Positions 9,731-18,385 of a stretch of DNA of 62,022 nt are shown here, in pieces. The stretch is from Candidatus Spyradocola sp. GTDB taxonomy: Bacteria > Bacillota > Clostridia > Christensenellales > UBA1750. Both the position numbers and the translations under genes were made by a program. The DNA lies in assembly GCA_034113365.1 (NCBI GenBank), contig JAXEXP010000174.1:1-62022 (forward strand), in the 5' to 3' direction. Each line of letters starts with the position of its first letter. Positions within the stretch are counted from its first letter, which is position 1. The notes under the pieces were generated by a model that had not been told where the DNA came from, searched no databases, and saw nothing but the letters and a program-made list of their open reading frames with translations.

Positions 9731-9763
9731 AAGTGGAGTGAAGCAATCAGCTTCATTCCACTT
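9731..9763. repeat. Right direct repeat (terminator hairpin followed by T-run)
   Basis: AAGTGGAGTGAAGCAATCAGCTTCATTCCACTT followed by TTTT. Confidence 0.85.
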
Positions 9764-9910
9764 TTTTATATTGATATTCAGGGAAAACAGGACCCAATCG
9801 TCATGGAACATAATGTGGAAGTATGTCTGTTTGCTTTTGGTATGGCAGTTGTGGTAGCATAGAGCGAAGCAGCTGTTTCAGAGAGATGTGTGCTGAGGAG
9901 GAGTTGGCTT

Positions 9911-11341
9911 ATGGAACAGAAAAAGAAGTTCCGATGGGGGGCGTTCATCCGGGCGGTGGCGGTGATCGCGGTGCCGGTGGCGCTGCAGAACCTGCTGACC
10001 ACCACGGGCACCATGGTGGACACCATGATGATCGCGCCGCTGGGCGAGACGACGGTGGGCGCGGTGGGGCTGTGCGCGCAGTTTGCGTCGCTGATGTTTT
10101 CCAGCTACTGGGGATTTGTGGGCGGCGGCATGCTGTTTTTCGCGCAGTATTGGGGCGCAAAGGACGACGACGGCATCGACCGCAGCTATGGCATTACGCT
10201 GACGTGCATGATGTTTGTGGCGGCGGTGTTCACGGCGCTTGCGCTGCTGGCGCCCGAGTGGGTGATGGGCGTGTACACCGACAAGCAGGCCATTGGGCTG
10301 ATCGGCGTGAAGTACCTGCGCGTGGTGGGCTTTGCCTATCCGCTGCAGATCCTCTCCATGGCGATGAGCGCGCTGCTGCGCTCCACCGAACGGGTCAGGA
10401 TCCCGTTCTACGCGGCGATCGCGTCGGTGGCGACGAACATCGCGCTCAACTGGGCGTTCATCTACGGCAAGCTGGGGCTGCCCGCGATGGGCGTGCAGGG
10501 CGCGGCGCTGGCCACGGTGTGCGCCGCCGCGGTCAACGCCGGAGTGATCCTGCTGCTGGCGCGGGCGCAGGGGTACCCGTATCTGTTCCACTTCCGCAGG
10601 CATTTTAAGTGGAACCGCGCCATTGTGGGCGAGTATTTCCGCAAGTGCTTCCCCATCATCTGCAACGAGGTGCTCATCGGCGTGGGCAACATGGTCATCA
10701 ACATGGTGCTGGGGCGTCAGGCGGAGGAGGCCATCGCGGCCATTGCGGTGTTCCGCACGCTGGAGGGCTTTGTGATCGGCTTCTTTGCAGGCTGCTCCAA
10801 CGCGGCGTCGGTGCTGGTGGGCAAGAGCGTGGGCGCGGGCGAGCTGGACGACGCCTACGAGCGCGCCAAACGGCTGGTCCCGCTGTGCGGCGGGTGCATC
10901 CTGGTGGTCATCGGGCTGCTGATCGCGGTGCACAAGCCGCTGCTGACCGCGATGAGCCTGTCGGGCGAGTCCTACCGGCTGGGCGTGGGGCTGCTGTGCG
11001 TCTACGGCGTGGCGGGTGTGATCCGCATGTGCAACTGGACGATGAACGACACCTACCGCTCCGCAGGCGACGCCACGATGGGCACGGTGCTGGAGATCAC
11101 GTTCATGTACCTGATGGTGCTGCCGTGCGTGACGGTCAGCGGGCTGGTGCTGCACGCGCCGTTCCTGGTGATCTTTGCCTGCTGCTTTGTGGACGAGCCG
11201 GTGCGGCTCATCCTGATGCAGCGGCACATGTACTCGGGCAGATGGGTCAAGCCCGTCACGCCCGCGGGCAAGGCGGCGCTGCCCGCCTTCCGGGACAAGC
11301 ACGGCCGGAGGAGGAAGCGCGCTGCGGCCTGCGCGGATTGA
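9911..11341 (+). CDS. MATE family efflux transporter
   Basis: P..LQN......VDTMMIA.LG...VGAVG, AQYWGA, G..GAALAT, GKSVGAG; GAGGAGG RBS. Confidence 0.92.
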   Translation: MEQKKKFRWGAFIRAVAVIAVPVALQNLLTTTGTMVDTMMIAPLGETTVGAVGLCAQFASLMFSSYWGFVGGGMLFFAQYWGAKDDDGIDRSYGITLTCMMFVAAVFTALALLAPEWVMGVYTDKQAIGLIGVKYLRVVGFAYPLQILSMAMSALLRSTERVRIPFYAAIASVATNIALNWAFIYGKLGLPAMGVQGAALATVCAAAVNAGVILLLARAQGYPYLFHFRRHFKWNRAIVGEYFRKCFPIICNEVLIGVGNMVINMVLGRQAEEAIAAIAVFRTLEGFVIGFFAGCSNAASVLVGKSVGAGELDDAYERAKRLVPLCGGCILVVIGLLIAVHKPLLTAMSLSGESYRLGVGLLCVYGVAGVIRMCNWTMNDTYRSAGDATMGTVLEITFMYLMVLPCVTVSGLVLHAPFLVIFACCFVDEPVRLILMQRHMYSGRWVKPVTPAGKAALPAFRDKHGRRRKRAAACAD

Positions 11342-11366
11342 CAAGCGCGCATCCGCGTGCTATACT
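11338..11366 (+). promoter_or_regulatory. SigmaA-type promoter of the thiamine salvage operon
   Basis: TTGACA-17 bp-TATACT. Confidence 0.85.
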
Positions 11367-11372
11367 GACACT

Positions 11373-11469
11373 GTTTTCCGGGGAGCCCGTGGGCACGGGC
11401 TGAGAGGAAGGTGAAACCTTCGACCCGATGGACCTGATGCGGGTAATGCCGCCGTGGGGAGTGGGAAAC
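11373..11469 (+). ncRNA. TPP riboswitch
   Basis: GGGAG..GGCTGAGA..GACCCG..ACCTGAT.CGGGTAATGCCG.CGTGGGGA matches the THI-element consensus and lies directly upstream of thiM. Confidence 0.95.
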
Positions 11470-11480
11470 TCGTACTTTAC

Positions 11481-11511
11481 GGAGCATTGCGTCGCGCGAT
11501 GCTCCTTTTTT
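11481..11511 (+). terminator. Riboswitch expression-platform terminator
   Basis: GGAGCATTGCG-TCG-CGCGATGCTCC-TTTTTT. Confidence 0.85.
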
Positions 11512-11533
11512 GACGCGCGAAAGGGTGAGCGAC

Positions 11534-12337
11534 ATGCTGGGAGAGCGGCTGGACAGCCTGCGGGCGGCGCGCCCGCGGGTGCACTGCATCGCAAACTACG
11601 TCACCGCCAACGACTGCGCCAACCTGCTGCTGGCCTGCGGCGCCTCGCCCATCATGGCGGACGACCCGCAGGAGACGGCGCAGATCACGTCGGCCTGCGC
11701 GGGGCTGGCGGTGAGCCTGGGCACGCCCAGCGCGCGGCGGCTGGAGGGCATGGCGTTGGCGGCGAAGAAGGCCGCCGAGCTGGGCATCCCGGCGGTGCTG
11801 GACCCCGTGGGCGTGGGCGGCTCGGACCTGCGCATGGAGGCGGCGCGGCGCATGCTGGGTGAGGCGAAATTCACCGCCATCCGCGGCAACGGCGCGGAGA
11901 TCGCGGCGCTAAACAGCCTGACGCTCAACGGCGCGGGCATCGACGACGTTTCGCCGTGTGCGGACGGCCTGGAGACGGCGCAGAGATTGGCGCGGCGCAC
12001 GGGCGCGGTGGTGATCCTCTCGGGAGAGCGGGACATCGTGACGGACGGGCGCACGGCGTACCGGGTGAGCAACGGGCACGAGATGATGCGGCTGGTGACG
12101 GGCGCGGGGTGCATGCTCACGGCGCTGGTGGGCGCGTATCTTGCGGCGAACCCGGGGCAGGCGCTGGACGCGGCGCTGGCGGCGGTGTGCGCGATGGGCG
12201 TATGCGGCGAGCGCGCGCACGCGCGGCTGAAGCCCGGTGAGGGCAATGCGAGCTATCGGAATCATTTGATCGACGCGGTGTACGCGCTGACGCCGCAGGA
12301 CTTGGAGAGGGAGGCGCGCTATGCGGTGTATGGATGA
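11534..12337 (+). CDS. thiM: Hydroxyethylthiazole kinase
   Basis: VHCIANYVTANDCANLLLACGASPIMA, VLDPVGVG, IRGN.AEI, VTGAGC. Confidence 0.95.
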   Translation: MLGERLDSLRAARPRVHCIANYVTANDCANLLLACGASPIMADDPQETAQITSACAGLAVSLGTPSARRLEGMALAAKKAAELGIPAVLDPVGVGGSDLRMEAARRMLGEAKFTAIRGNGAEIAALNSLTLNGAGIDDVSPCADGLETAQRLARRTGAVVILSGERDIVTDGRTAYRVSNGHEMMRLVTGAGCMLTALVGAYLAANPGQALDAALAAVCAMGVCGERAHARLKPGEGNASYRNHLIDAVYALTPQDLEREARYAVYG

Positions 12338-12965
12338 GCTGCTGCGACTGTACGCGGTGACGGACCGCGCGTGGACGTTCAGGCAGACGCTGTTTGAGCA
12401 GGTGGAATGCGCGCTGCGCGGCGGCGTGACGCTGGTGCAGCTGCGCGAAAAGTCGATGGAGCGCGCGGCGTTCCTGGAGGAGGCGCTGGAGATCAAGGCG
12501 CTGTGCCATCGGTACGGCGTGCCGCTGATCATCAACGACGACGTGGGGCTTGCGATCAAATGCGGCGCGGACGGCGTGCATGTGGGGCAGAGCGACATGC
12601 GCGCGGGCGACGTGCGGGCGCGCGTGGGCAAGGGCATGATCGTGGGCGTCACGGCCAAGACCGTGGAGCAGGCGCTGGCTGCGCAGGCTGCGGGCGCGGA
12701 CTATTTGGGCTCGGGCGCGGTGTTCGGCACGTCGACCAAGGTGGACGCAAAGCCCATGAGCCTGGACACGCTGCGCAGCATTTGCGCGGCGGTGGACATC
12801 CCGGTGGTGGCCATCGGCGGGGTGAACAAGGGAAATATATCGCTTCTTGCGGGCACGGGCGTCAGCGGCGCGGCGGTGGTATCGGGCATCTTTGCGGCGC
12901 AGGACATCGAGCGGGAATGCCGGGAGCTGCGCGCGCTGGCGGAAGAGATCGCACGGAAAGGATGA
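12321..12965 (+). CDS. thiE: Thiamine-phosphate synthase
   Basis: LYAVTDR, GGVTLVQLREK, IINDDV, ADGVHVGQSD, PVVAIGG. Confidence 0.95.
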   Translation: MRCMDELLRLYAVTDRAWTFRQTLFEQVECALRGGVTLVQLREKSMERAAFLEEALEIKALCHRYGVPLIINDDVGLAIKCGADGVHVGQSDMRAGDVRARVGKGMIVGVTAKTVEQALAAQAAGADYLGSGAVFGTSTKVDAKPMSLDTLRSICAAVDIPVVAIGGVNKGNISLLAGTGVSGAAVVSGIFAAQDIERECRELRALAEEIARKG

Positions 12966-12973
12966 GAAAAACT

Positions 12974-13771
12974 ATGAAAACGGCATTGACCATTGCGGGC
13001 AGCGACAGCAGCGGCGGCGCGGGCATTCAGGCGGACATCAAGACCATGACGGCCAACGGCGTGTACGCGATGAGCGCCATCACGGCGCTGACGGCGCAGA
13101 ACACCACGGGCGTCTACGGCATACTGGAGTCCACGCCGGAGTTCCTGCGCAATCAGCTGGACTGCGTGTTCACGGACATTAGGCCCGACGCGGTGAAGAT
13201 CGGCATGGTGTCGTCGGCGGAGCTGATCCGTGTGATCGCGGAGAGTTTGAAGAAGTACAGCGCGGGCAACGTGGTGGTGGACCCGGTGATGGTGTCCACG
13301 TCGGGCTCGCGGCTGATCTGCGAGGAGGCGGTGGAGACGCTGGAGCGCGAGCTGCTGCCGCTGGCAACGGTGCTCACGCCCAACATCCCCGAGGCGGAGG
13401 TGCTCTGCGGCCTTACCATCGAAAACGAAGCGGACATGGAGCGCGCGGCGGAGGCCATCTGCGGCAAATTCGGCTGCGCGGTGCTGCTCAAGGGCGGCCA
13501 CAACGTCAACGACGCCAACGACCTGCTGGTGCGGCCGGGCGGCAAGCGCTGGTTCAACGGCGAGCGCATCGACAACCCCAACACGCACGGCACGGGCTGC
13601 ACGCTGTCCAGCGCCATCGCGTCCAACCTTGCAAAAGGCTATGATCTGGAGACGGCGGTGGAGCGCGCCAAGGCGTACATTTCCAATGCCTTGGCTGCGA
13701 TGCTGGACCTGGGCGCGGGGCGCGGGCCGATGAACCACATGGCCGCGCTGCACGGCGAATTCGTAGAGTAA
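12974..13771 (+). CDS. thiD: Hydroxymethylpyrimidine / phosphomethylpyrimidine kinase
   Basis: ALTIAGSDSSGGAGIQADIKT, TPNIPEAE, THGTGCTLSSAIA. Alternative start at 12962. Confidence 0.95.
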   Translation: MKTALTIAGSDSSGGAGIQADIKTMTANGVYAMSAITALTAQNTTGVYGILESTPEFLRNQLDCVFTDIRPDAVKIGMVSSAELIRVIAESLKKYSAGNVVVDPVMVSTSGSRLICEEAVETLERELLPLATVLTPNIPEAEVLCGLTIENEADMERAAEAICGKFGCAVLLKGGHNVNDANDLLVRPGGKRWFNGERIDNPNTHGTGCTLSSAIASNLAKGYDLETAVERAKAYISNALAAMLDLGAGRGPMNHMAALHGEFVE

Positions 13772-13783
13772 AGGAGGGTCAGC

Positions 13784-14461
13784 ATGACCTTTGTGGAGGA
13801 ATGCGTGCGCGACAGCCTGCCCATCTGGCAGGAATGTCTGGACACGCCGTTTCTGCGCGGGCTGGCCGACGGCACGCTTGCCGAGGACTGCTTCCTGGGC
13901 TACATCGTGGAGGACAGCCTGTACCTGCGGGAGTACGCCAAGGTGTTCGCGTGGGGGATCCTGCACGCAAAGAGCATGAGCGAGGTGCGGACGTACTACT
14001 CGCTGCTCAGCTACGTCAACGAGAGCGAGGACGCCACGCGGCTCAAGTATCTGGAAAAGTACGGTCTGACGGACGACGAGGTGCAGGCGCTGCCGCTGCG
14101 GCCGGAGAATCAGGCGTATGTGGACGCCATGATCGAGGCGGCGCGGCAGGGCGAGGGCGCGGCGGAGTGCCTGATGGCCTGCCTGCCCTGCATGCTGAGC
14201 TACATCTGGATCTTTGAAAAGCTGGTCGAGGCGCATCCGGGCGCTTTGGATACAGTGTTCGGGCCGCTGGTGCGCGAGTATGTGTCCAAGGAATACGGCG
14301 ACGTATGCCGGCAGTGGGCGGTGTTCGCGGACGGGGTCTGCGAAGGGATGGACGAGGCGCGCAAGGCGCGGTGCAGGGAAGTTTTCCGCGCGTGCTCGCA
14401 GCACGAGTACAACTTCTGGCGCATGTGTGAGAAACCTAGAGACGACATCCGGCGCGTTTGA
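13784..14461 (+). CDS. tenA: Thiaminase II / aminopyrimidine aminohydrolase
   Basis: PFL..L.DGTL....F..YI.ED.LYL, LPC...Y, E..FW motif; thiamine operon context. Confidence 0.85.
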   Translation: MTFVEECVRDSLPIWQECLDTPFLRGLADGTLAEDCFLGYIVEDSLYLREYAKVFAWGILHAKSMSEVRTYYSLLSYVNESEDATRLKYLEKYGLTDDEVQALPLRPENQAYVDAMIEAARQGEGAAECLMACLPCMLSYIWIFEKLVEAHPGALDTVFGPLVREYVSKEYGDVCRQWAVFADGVCEGMDEARKARCREVFRACSQHEYNFWRMCEKPRDDIRRV

Positions 14462-14479
14462 CGCGATTTCAGGATAAAT

Positions 14480-14697
14480 AAACCTTTGAAGCAGGAAGGG
14501 AGGGGCTGCCGTCAGAGGGGGAGCGCCCTGTGACGGGTAGGCAGTTTTACAGCGATGGGAAGCCGTGTTCCGGCGTGAGAGGAGGCCAGTGAGCCTCGAC
14601 CGAGCGGCGGGGGAAGTGGTCCCCGCCGTCCCCTGAGAACCAAGGGGGCGCTGTATGCTTTTGACGCCCCTGCATAGACTGTGAGGAGGTTTTATCA
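14480..14697 (+). promoter_or_regulatory. Structured leader upstream of thiW (degenerate T-box-like; unconfirmed)
   Basis: GC-rich stems. AAGGGGGCGCTGT..ACGCCCCT helix overlaps a possible RBS-sequestering hairpin. Confidence 0.3.
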
Positions 14698-15216
14698 ATG
14701 AAAAGAAATGCGATTCTGAAGCTGGCGCTGGCCGGCGTGCTGTGCGCGGTGGCGGTCGTGGGCAGCATGTTCTCCTTCCCGGTGTTCGGCAGCAAGTGCG
14801 CGCCGGTGCAGCACATGGTCAACATTTTGTGCGCGGTGCTGCTGGGGCCCTGGTGGGGCGTGGGCGTGGCGTTTGTGGCCAGCCTGCTGCGCAATCTGCT
14901 GGGGCTAGGCAGCCTGATGGCGTTCCCGGGCAGCATGTGCGGCGCGCTGCTGTGCGGCGTGGTGTTCTGGAAGTGGAAGAAGCTGATCCCGACGCTGGTG
15001 GCCGAGGTGTTCGGCACGGGCGTCATCGGCGGGCTGCTGGCCTACCCGGTGGGCATCCTGTTCATGAACGTGGACGCGGGCAGCGTGGCGTTTACCGCGT
15101 ACATCATCCCCTTCCTCATCAGCACGGTGGCAGGCTCGGTGCTTGCGGGCGCGTTGATCTTCGCGCTCAAGGCGAGCAAGGCGCTCGACCCGATGCTGCG
15201 CAAGCTGCAGGGCTAA
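14698..15216 (+). CDS. thiW: Energy-coupling factor S component ThiW (thiazole transporter)
   Basis: KCAPVQHMVNILCAVLLGPW, LRNLLGLGSLMAFPGS, EVFGTGVIG. Confidence 0.92.
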   Translation: MKRNAILKLALAGVLCAVAVVGSMFSFPVFGSKCAPVQHMVNILCAVLLGPWWGVGVAFVASLLRNLLGLGSLMAFPGSMCGALLCGVVFWKWKKLIPTLVAEVFGTGVIGGLLAYPVGILFMNVDAGSVAFTAYIIPFLISTVAGSVLAGALIFALKASKALDPMLRKLQG

Positions 15217-15233
15217 GGCAATAAACATAATGA

Positions 15234-15265
15234 AACCGTGTACGGCAAATGGGCTGTACACGGTT
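15234..15265. repeat. Left direct repeat (32-bp terminator hairpin; candidate target-site duplication)
   Basis: AACCGTGTACGGCAAATGGGCTGTACACGGTT recurs at 15497-15528 with one mismatch. Confidence 0.85.
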
Positions 15266-15496
15266 CAGCCTGCCCAAAAATGGCAGAGCCCCCTCCGGGG
15301 AGTGATTTTCTGTAAGTTAGTAGGATAATAGATGGATGAACTCTGAATTCCATCCGTTTTCGAACCATAGGCCGATGGAAAATCGCTTCCGATACAGAAA
15401 AATTCGTGTGCGGCAAAGCCGTGCGCGAATTTTTCTGCAATTCGAAAAAGATGAGAATTCATCTTTTTCGAGCCTGTCGACTTTGTCGACAGGCAG
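15266..15496. mobile_element. MITE-like element, copy 3 (231 bp)
   Basis: Ends CAGCCTGCCCAAAAA ... TTTGTCGACAGGCAG; homologous to copies 1 and 2; flanked by 32-bp direct repeats. Confidence 0.85.
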
Positions 15497-15528
15497 AGCC
15501 GTGTACGGCAAATGGGCTGTACACGGTT
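15497..15528. repeat. Right direct repeat (terminator hairpin with T-run)
   Basis: AGCCGTGTACGGCAAATGGGCTGTACACGGTT followed by TTT. Confidence 0.85.
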
Positions 15529-15535
15529 TTTGCGT

Positions 15536-16930
15536 TCAGCGGTAAGGTTTTACATATAATGGATTCCAGTCGCGGCGGAGGTAGCTGCGCAGGAAGAAGA
15601 GGAACAGCAGCAGGTTGTGGGCGATCATGCAGGCCCACGCGGAGACGAGGCCGAGATGCAGCAGCTGGGTGCACAGGAAGGTGCCCACGATGCGCACGCC
15701 CCACATGCCCAGTATGTTGTAGACAAACGGCGCGCGGGTGCGGCCGACGCCCTGCAGCATGCCTTCGATGATGATGGAGAAGCCGTAGAAGGGCTCGGAG
15801 ACGGCGACCATGCGCAGCACGGTGGCACCCAGCGCCACGACCTCGGGGCTGCGGGAGAACAGGTGCATCAGCGTGGGCGCGAGTGCGAACAACGCGCCGC
15901 CCGAGAGGATCATCAGGCCGATCTCGATGGTGATGAACAGCGCGGCGAGTGCGTTCATGCGCTGTTCGTCCTTGGCGCCGTAGGCGTTGCCCAGCAGCGT
16001 GGCGGCGGCGGTCTGCATGCCGTAGCCGGGGATGTAGAACGCCGATTCCACGGTGTTGGCGATGGTGTGGGCGGCGGTGGAGACCTCGCCCAGGGAATTG
16101 ATCATCGCGGCGAAGGCGACGTAGCCCAGCGACGTGCCGAAGCGCTGCAGCATATTGGGCAGCGCGACGCGCAGGCAGGGGCGCAGGATGGCGCCGTCGG
16201 GGCGCAGGGATTGACCGCGTGGAGAGAGCAGCGGGTGCCGCCACAGCACGACGGCAATGCACACGCCGCCCGCGGCGAACGCGACCGCGCTGGCCACCGC
16301 CGCGCCGATGACGCCCATCCCCGCGCCGGGCAGCGTCAAGCGCAGTCCCAGCAGCGTTACGCTGCGCGCGGGGTAGATGAGCAGCAGGTTGAGCAGCACG
16401 TTGATCAGGTTGACCAGCAGCCCCACCTTCATGGGCGTGCGGGTGTCGCCGCCGGCGCGCAGCACGGTGCCGAAGATGGTGGTGGCGGTGCGGGCCAGCA
16501 TGGGGACGTAGAGTATGAAAAAGTACTGCGAGGCGAGGGGACGGATGGCCTCGTCCACCTGCATCCAGCGGGGCACGAGCCCGGCCAGCGACAGGGGCAG
16601 CACGGTAAACAGCGTGCCCGCGATCAGTGTGGCCAGCACGGCCTGTGCGGCGGCGCGCTTGGCGGCGTCGCGGTCGCCCGCGCCCAGCGCCTTTGCGATG
16701 AAGGCCAGAAAGCCCACCGCGAGCGCCGAGGTGGTGGAGCCCAGCAGCCAGTTGATGGTGGTGGTGGAGCCTACGGCGGCGGTGGCCTGCGTGCCCAGCG
16801 CGCCCACCATTGCCGTGTCGATGTACTGCACCGCGGTGTTCATCAGCTGCTCGAGCATGGTGGGCCAGGCAAGGCCCAGGATCACGCCCATCAGGCTGCG
16901 GTCCAGGCCGCTCCAGCGCTTGTTTTGCAT
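15536..16930 (-). CDS. MATE family efflux transporter
   Basis: LAWPTMLEQL.....QYIDTAMVGALG, LRAGGDTRTPM, GVIGAAVAS; AAGGGAG RBS before MQNKR. Confidence 0.92.
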   Translation of the reverse strand: MQNKRWSGLDRSLMGVILGLAWPTMLEQLMNTAVQYIDTAMVGALGTQATAAVGSTTTINWLLGSTTSALAVGFLAFIAKALGAGDRDAAKRAAAQAVLATLIAGTLFTVLPLSLAGLVPRWMQVDEAIRPLASQYFFILYVPMLARTATTIFGTVLRAGGDTRTPMKVGLLVNLINVLLNLLLIYPARSVTLLGLRLTLPGAGMGVIGAAVASAVAFAAGGVCIAVVLWRHPLLSPRGQSLRPDGAILRPCLRVALPNMLQRFGTSLGYVAFAAMINSLGEVSTAAHTIANTVESAFYIPGYGMQTAAATLLGNAYGAKDEQRMNALAALFITIEIGLMILSGGALFALAPTLMHLFSRSPEVVALGATVLRMVAVSEPFYGFSIIIEGMLQGVGRTRAPFVYNILGMWGVRIVGTFLCTQLLHLGLVSAWACMIAHNLLLFLFFLRSYLRRDWNPLYVKPYR

Positions 16931-17233
16931 GTCAGCACTCCCTTGTGCGTTGTCCGCAAAGAATTCGCGTGAAAAATACGCGCAGAATGTCAGATTCTCT
17001 GCGGAGGGGCAAAACTCCTGCTGCGAGGGCACGATGTTCCTGTTGGATTGATCGGATGGGTTGCAGCTGACGGGGGCTGTATGGTATCTTCGGTGTAGCA
17101 TCCGGCGGCACTGCCGATCAGTGGGAAATATGCCCAACGTCAGGCATGACGACGGCAAGCAGCGGTATTACGACGACGTGGAGGCGGGGCGGGTGAAGTA
17201 TGCGAGCAACCTGCTGCCGCGGGAGGAGGACGC

Positions 17234-17962
17234 ATGAGGCGGGAGCTGGACATCAACGGCGTGAAGGTGACGGCGGAATATGAGCCGGAGGACGTGGAGG
17301 GCGTGTTCGTGCCGTTGCTGGAGGCGCTGACGCGGCGGCAGCGCGGGATGGACGGGCGACTGATCGCGTTCCTTGCGGCGCCGCCGGGCGCGGGCAAGAG
17401 CACGCTGGCGGCAGTACTGGAGCAGCTGTCGCGCGAGCGGCCGGGGCTGACGCGCGTGCAGGCGCTGGGCATGGACGGGTTCCACTACCATGCGGACTAC
17501 ATCGCGGCACACACGGTGCTGCACGGCGGGGTGCGCGTACCGATGGCGCGGGTCAAGGGCGCGCCGGAGAGCTTTGACGTGGACAAGCTGAGAGGCGCGC
17601 TGGAGGCGCTGCGCGGAGCGGACGGCAGGTTCCCGGTGTACGACCGGCGGCTGCACGACGTGGTGGAGGACGCCGTGGCGGTGGACGCGCCCATCGTGCT
17701 GCTGGAGGGCAACTGGCTGCTGCTGGATGAACCCGAATGGCGCGCGCTGCCGCGGGATTACGCGATCTACCTGGACGCGCCGGAGGACGTGGTGCGCGGG
17801 CGGGTGATCGCGCGCAGGCTGGCGACGGGGCGGACGATGGCGGAGGCGCAGCGGCTGTGGACGGAATGCGACGGGCCCAACACGGCGCTGTGCGCGCGCT
17901 GCCACACACAGCCCGACGTACTGCTGCGATGGAACGGTGGGCGGATCGAGCGGGCGGATTGA
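17234..17962 (+). CDS. P-loop nucleoside/pantothenate kinase-like protein (YggC-like)
   Basis: APPGAGKST Walker A, MDGFH, KGAPESFD, PVYDR.LHD, LEGNWLLLD. Confidence 0.85.
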   Translation: MRRELDINGVKVTAEYEPEDVEGVFVPLLEALTRRQRGMDGRLIAFLAAPPGAGKSTLAAVLEQLSRERPGLTRVQALGMDGFHYHADYIAAHTVLHGGVRVPMARVKGAPESFDVDKLRGALEALRGADGRFPVYDRRLHDVVEDAVAVDAPIVLLEGNWLLLDEPEWRALPRDYAIYLDAPEDVVRGRVIARRLATGRTMAEAQRLWTECDGPNTALCARCHTQPDVLLRWNGGRIERAD

Positions 17963-18127
17963 TTTGGTATGTACATATGTATAAAAAATGAGGGGATGGA
18001 TGTTTTCCATATAAAACTCAAACTGTCAAAAATGAAAATGGGCATTGACCTGTAAAACTGCGAAATGATAAAGGGAGTAACGGCGCATTTCGGGCGGTAT
18101 GGCGCTGACCGTGATGATGCAGTTCCA

Positions 18128-18170
18128 CCCTTCAGCCGCCTGCGGGCGGCAGCTCCCCTCAAGGGGAGCC
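18128..18170 (-). repeat. REP-like palindromic repeat
   Basis: Reverse complement GGCTCCCCTTGAGGGGAGCTGCCGCCCGCAGGCGGCTGAAGGG closely matches 39103-39150. Confidence 0.7.
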
Positions 18171-18385
18171 TAAAGGAATCTGCTGCGATTCATATATTGC
18201 GGTGATCCGTAAGCGTTGATGCGACGATATAGTCAGCATTTATTTGAAGGGGGTGGCGACTGATGAGATGTATGTCATTCGCAGCATAACTCCAGACGTA
18301 CTGACACACCTCATCGGCCTGACGTGCAAGCTGCGGCGGGATTTGGCCATACTAGGGGCAAATGGGATCGCGGAGGGATGCGCGG

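Noticed and set aside
9403..9763. 32-33 bp palindromic direct repeats as a mini CRISPR array
   Set aside because: Only two repeats per locus, the 'spacer' is 231-295 bp and homologous between loci while the repeats differ, and no cas genes are present. This is the reverse of CRISPR organisation.
9410..9862. ORFs within the repeated element (also 48-473 and 15213-15545) as a possible transposase or peptide
   Set aside because: No DDE or HUH motifs, no RBS, and frames and ends differ between copies; better explained as a non-coding MITE.
18040..18130. AAGGGAGTAAC as the start of a yybP-ykoY or other riboswitch before the NSS transporter
   Set aside because: The remaining consensus elements could not be found, and the region is interrupted by REP-like repeats.
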